Shown here piece by piece: positions 1-8,736 of a stretch of DNA of 64,000 bases (position 1 is the first letter of the stretch; each line of letters starts with the position of its first letter). The DNA lies in assembly GCA_965215005.1 (NCBI GenBank), contig CBDCCZ010000038.1:32001-96000 (forward strand), in the 5' to 3' direction. The DNA is from Kofleriaceae bacterium (GTDB lineage: Bacteria > Myxococcota_A > Polyangia > Haliangiales > Haliangiaceae). The translations under genes were made by a program, and so were the position numbers. The notes under the pieces were generated by a model. That model was not told the origin of the DNA, did not search any database, and saw nothing but the letters and a program-made list of their open reading frames with translations.

Positions 1-1020
1 CTCTATGTTGGGCTCGGGCTCATCGCGCTTGGCGCGGGCGGCATCAAGCCGTGCGTCTCGGCGCATGTTGGCGACCAGTTCACCCAGCGCAACAAACACT
101 TGCTAGGTAAGGTGTTCAGCGCGTTCTACTGGTCGATCAACCTGGGATCGCTCGCTTCCACGCTGCTAACGCCACAACTTCGGCAGCACTTTGGCGCTAG
201 TGTCGCGTTCGCGGTGCCCGGCATATTGATGGCGCTAGCGTTGTTCGTGTTTTGGCTGGGGCGTCGCTACTACCGCGTGGTGCCGCCGACCGGCGCGCGT
301 CCCGACACGCCGGCGCGCGTGCTTTGGTCTTTGCTGCGCCATGGTCGCGCGGCCACCGCCGAGCGCTTCGGCGCCGTGCGTCTCGAAGAGGCCTTGGCCG
401 TGGCTCGTGTCGCTAAGATCCTCGCGCCGGTCATGTTCTTCTGGGCGATGTTCTTCCAGACCGGTTCGAGCTGGGTGATTCTCACGACCCAGCTCGACCT
501 CCACGGTTTCCTGGCCGCCGATCAGCTGCAGGCCGCGAATCCGGCGTTGGTGATGGCGATGATTCCGCTGTTCACGGTCATCATCTATCCCGCGCTCAAG
601 CGCCGCGGCATCAGCACCATGCCGCTGCACCGCATGACGGTGGGCATGTTTGTCACCGCGGCGTCGTTCTTGCCGGTGGCGGCGCTGCAGTGGCTCGTAG
701 ATAACGGCTCGCAGCCGTCTGCGCTGTGGATTCTTGTCCCCTATTTCATCCTCACCGCCGGGGAGATCATGGTGTCGATCACCGGTCTCGAGTTCGCGTA
801 TACCCAAGCGCCGGCGTCGGTGAAGAGCACGGTGCAGAGCGTTTGGCTGCTCACGTTTGGCTTTGGCAATCTGCTCACCGCAGCGATCATTCAGCTCAAT
901 CCATTCGACGGCGCCTGGCGCTTTGCCATGTGGACGGTGCTCATGAGCGTGGTCGCGATCTTGTTCGCGTTGTTCGCGCGCAGCTACAAGATGGTCGAGT
1001 ACGTCGACGACCGCGACTAA
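1..1020 (+). CDS. POT/PTR2 family proton-dependent oligopeptide transporter (5'-partial)
   Basis: Frame is open from base 1: LYVGLGLIALGAGGIKPCVSAHVGDQF, then FYWSINLGS (PTR2-like motifs), QAANP and GLEFAY; many TM helices. Confidence 0.9.
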   Translation, partial: LYVGLGLIALGAGGIKPCVSAHVGDQFTQRNKHLLGKVFSAFYWSINLGSLASTLLTPQLRQHFGASVAFAVPGILMALALFVFWLGRRYYRVVPPTGARPDTPARVLWSLLRHGRAATAERFGAVRLEEALAVARVAKILAPVMFFWAMFFQTGSSWVILTTQLDLHGFLAADQLQAANPALVMAMIPLFTVIIYPALKRRGISTMPLHRMTVGMFVTAASFLPVAALQWLVDNGSQPSALWILVPYFILTAGEIMVSITGLEFAYTQAPASVKSTVQSVWLLTFGFGNLLTAAIIQLNPFDGAWRFAMWTVLMSVVAILFALFARSYKMVEYVDDRD

Positions 1021-2063
1021 TACAGCTCGTCGATCAAGCGGCAGAACGGGCTGCCTGGGCAGCAGATGTCGACTGGACTGCCGCCGCGTTCGGTGTGAAA
1101 GCAGGTGCGGGCGCCGGCGCTGGGATAATAGTAGGCCCAGAAAAAGCACATCTCATCATCGACGCCTTCGCCGAAGTACACGGTGCGCTCGCTGCGATTG
1201 TTCCAGGTGCACGAAAATCGAAATCCGCCCTCAGGCGGCAGCTGCAGCGGCGGATCGAGGTGCACCGTCTCCGGCTCGCTCCAGTTGAACGAGGGCAGGT
1301 CGTAGACCGGCGTGCCCGGATCGCTCGCATCATCGGCCGCGGCAATCCACACGTCAGTGCCCCATTGATGTTGATGGCCGGTGAGGCCGAAAAATCGGCT
1401 GCCTTCGAGCTCCGCTGGGAGCGGAAAGTATACGGGACCGAGCGTTTGCGACGCACCGGGTGCGAGCTCGATGTCGGGATTGCCGATGAACAGAAAATCT
1501 GCCGCGTGCTCGAGCTCGGCGGCGGGCATGCTGGAGAGCTCGGAAATGACCTCGACCGACTGGGGGGCATCGCTGGCGTTGATGAAGTGGAGCTCGAGCC
1601 GAAGCATCTGCTCGGCTTCCAGCTCAAAACCCACGCCCGCAGGCAAACGCAGTGTTTCCTCGGCTTTTTGAGTGATCATCAGCGGCGCCCCTTGCTCAGG
1701 GGAAACCAGGTTCTGGATCGATTCGCAGCGATACGGCTCACGTTGCTCGGGGGTGCCAGCGGGGGCTCGATATAAGATGAAGTGGTGCGACGCCGTGCCG
1801 AGCTGGTTGTGGATCTCGTTGATGACTACCGGCGTTTCGTTACCGAGCGATAGCGTCACGCAGCGAACCTCTTCGACGCCGGGCTCGACCATGAGCGGCC
1901 CCCAGCGCAGCTCGAACTGCTGCGGCTCGTCGCTCGGTTCGTCACTCGGCTCGCGGGGCTGGCCGCCCGGCTCGTCGGGGAGCGCGGAGCTCGTGCAGCT
2001 CGAGCTGGCAAAGGAGACGAGAAGCGTGAACCAGAGCCAAGACCGATACTGCAAAGTAACCAC
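1017..2063 (-). CDS. Copper type II (PHM/DBH-like) monooxygenase-domain lipoprotein
   Basis: Signal peptide with Cys; HH (ASHHFILY), LELHFIN, HxH (GHQHQWG) and DEMC motifs match the CuH/CuM ligand pattern. Confidence 0.75.
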   Translation of the reverse strand: MVTLQYRSWLWFTLLVSFASSSCTSSALPDEPGGQPREPSDEPSDEPQQFELRWGPLMVEPGVEEVRCVTLSLGNETPVVINEIHNQLGTASHHFILYRAPAGTPEQREPYRCESIQNLVSPEQGAPLMITQKAEETLRLPAGVGFELEAEQMLRLELHFINASDAPQSVEVISELSSMPAAELEHAADFLFIGNPDIELAPGASQTLGPVYFPLPAELEGSRFFGLTGHQHQWGTDVWIAAADDASDPGTPVYDLPSFNWSEPETVHLDPPLQLPPEGGFRFSCTWNNRSERTVYFGEGVDDEMCFFWAYYYPSAGARTCFHTERGGSPVDICCPGSPFCRLIDELY

Positions 2064-2189
2064 ACCATAGTGTAGCTAAGATCGCTCGCACACCTAGCTG
2101 CACTTGCCGAGCCCGCAGAACCGGCGTAGCAGTCGCGCCGACAGCAGCCGCAGGTTGCTTACAACAATTACTGCAGTGCAGTGTGTGGC

Positions 2190-2504
2190 CTATATCAGCT
2201 CGACGTACACGTCGCCATCGACGAGGTGCACCGGATAGCGGCGCAATAGCAGCCGCGCGTCGTGGGAGCAGCGCCCGGTTCGCAGGTCGAATTGATAACC
2301 GTGACCGGGACAAATGACGCGCATGCCTACGCGCTTGCCGCCGAGCAGCGAGACATCTTCATGCGGACACATACTCGAGGCCGCAAGTAACGTGCCCTCG
2401 ACGTTGGCGATGAGCACCGGTATCGCCACGCCTTCTACGGCAAACCCACGCGTTTCGCCAGGCGCAACCTCATCGGCGGCACATACGCGAACTCGCAGCG
2501 GCAT
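2190..2504 (-). CDS. Rieske [2Fe-2S] ferredoxin
   Basis: CPHE...CPGHG Rieske motifs; about 104 aa; ATG at 2504 overlaps the permease stop (ATGA). Confidence 0.88.
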   Translation of the reverse strand: MPLRVRVCAADEVAPGETRGFAVEGVAIPVLIANVEGTLLAASSMCPHEDVSLLGGKRVGMRVICPGHGYQFDLRTGRCSHDARLLLRRYPVHLVDGDVYVELI

Positions 2505-3357
2505 CACGCGCGCTCGCTGCGGCCGCGCGGATCGAATCGATCGCGCAGCCCATCGCCGAGTAAGTTGGCACCGAGCACGACCCACATGATCGCAAAGCCG
2601 GGAATCAGTGCGAAGTAGGCATAGTCGGCTTTGAGCATGAATGTCGTGCCTTGATCGAGCAGCGCGCCCCACGTGTAATCGACTTGCGGGCCGAGTCCGA
2701 GAAACGACAGCGAAGCCTCGACGAGGATCACAGTGCCAAAGCCAAAGGTCATCTGCACGATGATTGGCGATAGCAGGTTGGGCAGCACGTGCTTGCGCAT
2801 GATGCGCCCAGCGCTGGCGCCAACCGCGCGTGCCGCCTGCACGTACTCGCGTTCGCGCAGCGACAACACCTGCCCGCGAGCAACGCGGGCGTAGCCCACC
2901 CAGCCATTGAGAGCGAGCGCGAAGATCAGCACGCCCACCCCAGGACGTGCCACCGCCGCGACGATGGCGATGTTGAGCAGAATGCCCGGAAACGCCATCA
3001 GGATGTCGACCAGGCGCATGATGACCTCATCGATCTTGCCGCCGAAGTAGCCACTCGCGACGCCAAGGGCGACGCCGACGACCGCGCAGGTGGACACCAC
3101 CGATAAGCTGATGATGAGCGCAACCCGCGCGCCAAACAGCATCTCCGAGACAACGTCGACGCCGCGGTGATCGGTTCCCAGCCAATGGCTTGCCGAGGGC
3201 GGTTGGAACGCGGCTTCGAGCGCCTGAGCGGTGGGCGAGTAGGGTGCCAAGTAGGGGCCGAAGGCGCCGAGCAGCAGAAACGTTGTCACCATGAAGAGCC
3301 CGAGCCACGCACTCGAGCTCAAGTCCAAGCGCCGCAGTAGCGACTTGCGTGGCCTGC

Positions 3358-3361
<4 letters not shown>
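2504..3361 (-). CDS. dppC: Peptide ABC transporter permease, DppC/OppC family
   Basis: [18 protein letters not shown] (EAA loop), [19 protein letters not shown]. Confidence 0.9.
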
Positions 3362-4296
<935 letters not shown>

Positions 4297-4367
4297 GCGG
4301 TGCTCAGGCTAACAGCTCGGGTGCCGTGGGCAACTTCGTCAGTGACCGATCGACGTCTGAGCGGGTG

Positions 4368-4871
4368 CTACTCGTCGTCGGCTTCTTCGAGCGCCGCAGG
4401 ATCGACTGCGCAGAAGCGCTGTGTGGACGATTCGCCGGGCGCGCTGACGATCTCTCCGCCATGCGCCAACATCAGCTCTCGATCGCGGCACTCGTACTTG
4501 TCGCGACAGTCGCCTTCGCCCTCGCAAGTTTTCATGCAGTAGCGCGTCTCGGCGACCGCCGGGACGCAAAATCCGCCCATGGTGCACAGCTCCGAAGAGC
4601 TGCAGTCTGCGGTCTCTTCACAAGGAACGTTGGTGCTGCCGACGGAAAAGAACCGCACGCACACGCCCCCTTCGGGGCAGCTGTCGTAGTCACAGCCAAG
4701 GACCGTGCAGTAGCCGCCCGGGGAGTTGCTCGGCAGGTCGCAGATCAAGTCGCCCGAGGGCGAACAATCGGTGCTCGATGAGCATTCATCGCCAATCTCC
4801 GTGCCGCAAGCCGAGGCGATGAGAGTGATGAAAAGTATGGAAAGGGGAGCTATGAACCGCACGGACCGCAA
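4368..4871 (-). CDS. Cys-rich lipoprotein, unknown function
   Basis: Lipobox-like IASAC followed by numerous cysteines (PGGYCT...C repeats). Confidence 0.7.
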   Translation of the reverse strand: MRSVRFIAPLSILFITLIASACGTEIGDECSSSTDCSPSGDLICDLPSNSPGGYCTVLGCDYDSCPEGGVCVRFFSVGSTNVPCEETADCSSSELCTMGGFCVPAVAETRYCMKTCEGEGDCRDKYECRDRELMLAHGGEIVSAPGESSTQRFCAVDPAALEEADDE

Positions 4872-4935
4872 ATCCTATCGAACGCTAAGACGCATCACAA
4901 GCGGCTGCGGTTGCCCGCGGTCGCTCTGCACCCAG

Positions 4936-5091
4936 CTAGTGGTTCACGGCGGAAGTCGTGAACCGCTAGAAAAACAACAATCGCTTGGGGAGACGCCGAA
5001 CGGGGCGCCTGAGCAGCAGAAATCTGCCGCCCTTGCCCCGCATCGGGGCGGCGGAATTCTGCGTCATGAATCCCGCGGCGTCGTACTCTAG
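4936..5091 (+). repeat. Structured interspersed repeat (REP/MITE-like), full-length copy A
   Basis: CTAG-bounded 156 bp; 15-bp hairpin CTAGTGGTTCACGGC-GGAA-GTCGTGAACCGCTAG plus a long second hairpin; recurs elsewhere in the window. Confidence 0.9.
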
Positions 5092-5130
5092 GCGGTGACA
5101 ACGTCCAACGCGCCCCGTAGAGTCGCCCCG

Positions 5131-5583
5131 ATGCGGGCAGTGGTGCAGCGGGTATTACGTGCCTCGGTCACGGTCGAGGGCCACGTGGTCGGCGCTATCG
5201 AGCGCGGCCTTTGCGTGCTCGTCGGGGCGGGGTCTGACGATAGCGAACGTGATCTCGACTATATCGTCGATAAGATCGTCAACTTGCGAATCTTTGCAGA
5301 TGCCGACGGCAAGATGAACCTCTCGGTGCTCGACGTTGGCGGCGCGGTATTGGCAGTTTCGCAGTTCACGCTGTATGGCGATGCACGGCGAGGCCGGCGC
5401 CCCGCGTTCACGAGTGCGCTTGCGCCCGCCGCCGCAAGCGAGGTCTACGAGCAGCTGGTGGTGGCTCTGCGGACCGCCGGCGTCGCGCAGGTGGCCACCG
5501 GGGTGTTCAAAGCGCATATGGCGGTGGAGCTCGTCAACGATGGCCCAGTGACGATCCTTCTCGACTCGGCCAAGCAGTTTTGA
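5131..5583 (+). CDS. dtd: D-aminoacyl-tRNA deacylase
   Basis: MRAVVQRV start, SQFTL, GRRP, NDGPVT. Confidence 0.96.
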   Translation: MRAVVQRVLRASVTVEGHVVGAIERGLCVLVGAGSDDSERDLDYIVDKIVNLRIFADADGKMNLSVLDVGGAVLAVSQFTLYGDARRGRRPAFTSALAPAAASEVYEQLVVALRTAGVAQVATGVFKAHMAVELVNDGPVTILLDSAKQF

Positions 5584-5731
5584 TCTCGCGGTTCGCCCGC
5601 GAACTCGCATCTCGCCGTAGCTCGACCTTGGCGACTGGTAAGTTGCCTCGAGGCGCGCCTGAGCAGCAGCGCGCGGGCAGTACATGAAGGTCCGAGGCGG
5701 AGCCGGTGCGCGGCAGTCGTTTGCGCGCGGG

Positions 5732-6658
5732 TTACGGCACTACGACGAACTCGCGGCTCATCAGGCTTACCAAGCCCTGTGCTGCCGCCAGGTCGCTGCC
5801 TGGATGGTGATCGAGCACCGCCTGCAGCTGGCCATGGTCGAGCACGAGCTGAAACGTATCGAGCTCGGCCGGCGACAAGTCGCGCAGCCGTCCCGCCAAC
5901 GGCGTGGGCACGGCGAGCGCCGAGTGCGGCGGCGGCAGTTGCGCCTCGAGCATGCGAAACTCATCGAGCTGTCGGACGCCCTCCATGAGCAGCGCCTCGG
6001 TGGATTCTTGCAGCTCTTCCATCACCTGCATCTCGACCTGAGGCTCGAGCTCGAAGGTGCCGGTGGACCAAGTGAGCATCCGATAGATCGCTTTGTGGGC
6101 GCTGATCGTGAAGTCGTCGTTGATGGCGGCGAAGTACAGCTGTCCCTTGCGCAGGTAGATCTTGCCGACCAGCGCGCCGGAGTGAATCGACAGCACGCCA
6201 GATTTTCGGCTGGTCGAGAGCAGCTGTAGGAGATCGGGCAGCGGAATCTCCTCGATCACGCCCGACATCGGCCGACCGGCCGTAGAATGGCGGTTGGCGC
6301 CTGCTTCGAGACGTCGACGGGCCTCGGCCTCGGATTGATGGATGGCGCTCTCATCCACGCCGACCAACTTTATGATCGAGGTGCCTACGAGAATGCGATC
6401 GCCCTCGGCGAGGCGCGAGCGGGCGACCTTTTCACCGTTGACGAAGGTGCCGTTGGTGGAGCCGAGATCTTGGATATGCACCTCGGCTTCGGTGCTGGTG
6501 ATCTTGGCGTGGCGCCGAGACACCATATCCTCCACCAGGACCATATCCAGGTCACTGGATCGTCCGATGATGATCTCGCGATTCATTCGGAGGGGAAACT
6601 CTCCCCCTTGATACTTGCCCGAAATGAACCGCAGCGCGAAGCGAGGGCGGTCTGACAT
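5732..6658 (-). CDS. FHA domain + DUF4388 (PATAN-like) protein
   Basis: IIGR...VSRRHA...DLGSTNGTFVNG FHA motifs; LPDLLQLLSTSRKSGVL...LTWSTGTFE DUF4388-like. Confidence 0.85.
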   Translation of the reverse strand: MSDRPRFALRFISGKYQGGEFPLRMNREIIIGRSSDLDMVLVEDMVSRRHAKITSTEAEVHIQDLGSTNGTFVNGEKVARSRLAEGDRILVGTSIIKLVGVDESAIHQSEAEARRRLEAGANRHSTAGRPMSGVIEEIPLPDLLQLLSTSRKSGVLSIHSGALVGKIYLRKGQLYFAAINDDFTISAHKAIYRMLTWSTGTFELEPQVEMQVMEELQESTEALLMEGVRQLDEFRMLEAQLPPPHSALAVPTPLAGRLRDLSPAELDTFQLVLDHGQLQAVLDHHPGSDLAAAQGLVSLMSREFVVVP

Positions 6659-6749
6659 TTCCCTTTAGTTGTAGACGGGTTACCGCAAGCCTATAGCGAA
6701 GCACTGGCGTTGCGCAAGTTGGCTAGCGCGCGACTGCGCTTGCTTCGCG

Positions 6750-7691
6750 CTAACGACGCTTCCCTACCCCAGCGACCTCGAGCGCGGCCAAGTCGTCGCG
6801 CGCCTCACCGGGCTCGGTGTCGACGTCGGCGGGCGATGGATCGCTGGCGGTGGGGCCGGCGATGGAGCCGGCACCGAAGGCCGGCAGTTCATCTCCGGCG
6901 ACGGCAGCTAGGCGCACTGGCCGCAAAATATTCTTGATGCGGCGATAGACCTCTTCCGATACGACGAGGCTCGAGTGGCCGAGCGGCACGGTGACCGAGT
7001 GGGCGCCGGACATGCGAGTACTCGGCAACGGACACACCCAATCGCGCACCGCTGCCAACGTATGAACTTCGAGTCCCGGCGGCAGCGGCCCTTGCGTTAG
7101 CTCGTCGAGGAACCGGCTGCGCGGCAACAGCTGCCACGACGAGGTAGAAAATAATCCCAAGGTCATGACGCCAGCGAGCGCTGCCCAGGTGCCGCGGATC
7201 GGCGTGCCCATCATGATGAGCCGACGCACGCGCGTGTGCCCCCCGAGCTTCTTGGCGTAGTAAAGGCCGATAAGGCCGCCCATAGAGTGGCCGACGATAT
7301 CGATTTCTTCGAACGACGTTTGCGCCAGGATCCGTTCGATCTTTCGGTGAATCAAAAACGCTGAGCGGCGAATGTCGCGGACATTGATGGTGCCGAGGTT
7401 GAACGAGAACACCGCGAAGCCATCATCGAATAGGCGCTTTTCCAGCAAGTACATCGAGCCGCGGGTGCCGAGGAACCCGTGGATGATGAGGACTGGCCGG
7501 CCGTCGCCTTCGATCGCTTCGAGGGAGGTGCGGCGGCGGATGCGATTGCCGCGTGCGAGGTGGCGCAGGTACGACAGCCCGTGGCTTCCGCCGGTGATGT
7601 CTTGACCGACTGAGCTCTCTTTGCCCAGCCACCGCGTTGGCGCCGACATCAGCCAGCGCGCGAGCCACGGCGCTCTTGGAGGCTTACTCAC
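6750..7691 (-). CDS. Alpha/beta hydrolase (lipase/esterase family)
   Basis: IIHGFLG oxyanion motif, GHSMGG nucleophile elbow, GTP, LGHSSL. Confidence 0.85.
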   Translation of the reverse strand: MSKPPRAPWLARWLMSAPTRWLGKESSVGQDITGGSHGLSYLRHLARGNRIRRRTSLEAIEGDGRPVLIIHGFLGTRGSMYLLEKRLFDDGFAVFSFNLGTINVRDIRRSAFLIHRKIERILAQTSFEEIDIVGHSMGGLIGLYYAKKLGGHTRVRRLIMMGTPIRGTWAALAGVMTLGLFSTSSWQLLPRSRFLDELTQGPLPPGLEVHTLAAVRDWVCPLPSTRMSGAHSVTVPLGHSSLVVSEEVYRRIKNILRPVRLAAVAGDELPAFGAGSIAGPTASDPSPADVDTEPGEARDDLAALEVAGVGKRR

Positions 7692-7826
7692 CGTGAAAGT
7701 CTAGCGCTAGATCTGCGTTGTCGTCACCCTAGGCTGCGGGCTCCAGCCAATTCGCAGCGTGCGCGCGGCGGCTGGAGTCTCTGGTGCTGTAATGAACGCG
7801 AGCTACACGGCACGCGATACACCTCA

Positions 7827-8423
7827 TCAGCGCAGGTCGCGGAACCCTTCGCCGGTGAGCTCCGAGCAGCGATGCGCGTAGGCGTGCGAGGCCGCGCCTT
7901 GATGGGGATATTCGGTACAAGTCCACGCACCTTCTCGACCGACGATGCCGCGTCGGGTGATGAGATATGAGCCGCTGCGGTACACCAAGGCGAATTCTTC
8001 GCCGGCGTCGGTGTGACGACGGAACGAGCGCGCGTCGCCGGCGGGTGCTCGCCCCGGCGGTTTGGCGGTCGCGTCAGCATCAGGGCGATCGCGTACCTGG
8101 GGCGGTCCAGGCAGCGCTGCGACGTCCTCGGAAGAGGGCGGTTCGGCGGAGTCGATGGCCGCAGAGGGCTCGTCTGCTTGCGCCGGCTGCTCGGGAGCTC
8201 CATGGTTTTCGCTCGCATCCTTTTGCTGCGAAGGAAAACTCTGCGACTCCTTCTTGAACGGATCGTCAGCGACAGAAGGGCTCGAACCACCATCGCCGAC
8301 GAGCCCCATGCCGAGTGGGCTCATGGCGCGAGCCTGCTTCTCGAGCTTGTTTGCTTCGGGCTCGGGCGTGGAAGTGTTCGCGTCGTCGTCGCGATCCTTG
8401 GTCTCTTCGACTTTGGTCACCAT
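7827..8423 (-). CDS. Hypothetical protein: disordered N-terminus plus degenerate WGR-like C-terminal domain
   Basis: Probable ATG at 8423; C-terminus LITRRGIVGREG...EYP...AASHAY...EGF resembles the WGR pattern. Confidence 0.55.
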   Translation of the reverse strand: MVTKVEETKDRDDDANTSTPEPEANKLEKQARAMSPLGMGLVGDGGSSPSVADDPFKKESQSFPSQQKDASENHGAPEQPAQADEPSAAIDSAEPPSSEDVAALPGPPQVRDRPDADATAKPPGRAPAGDARSFRRHTDAGEEFALVYRSGSYLITRRGIVGREGAWTCTEYPHQGAASHAYAHRCSELTGEGFRDLR

Positions 8424-8736
8424 CGGAGGCGTGTCCCTGCGCAGCGCTGCGCGTGAAGTGAACGCCGCATCGCCATGGCCACTGCCAGGACGTTGCATGC
8501 CGCGTTCAACGTTGCGCGCCCTCGCGGCCGATGACCGCGCTCGGCGTGCCATCAGTCTCACACAACCCAAGCGCTGCTCGCACGTCGAGCAGGTGGCAAA
8601 TGTCGGCGCTGGGGGGCGCCGCGGGGAAAGGTGGGCGACGAGCGTCTGCTGCGCGCTCAAGAAGCCGTGGGCCAAGCCACTACTCCTATGGATTCATTGA
8701 CAGTGTTATCAGCGGGCCGCTACCGTTGAAGGGTTG

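Noticed and set aside
4726..5101. Short ORFs through repeat copies (4726-5091, 4895-5101, 11659-12039, 16082-16267)
   Set aside because: They are translations of the repeat itself and are not consistently open across copies
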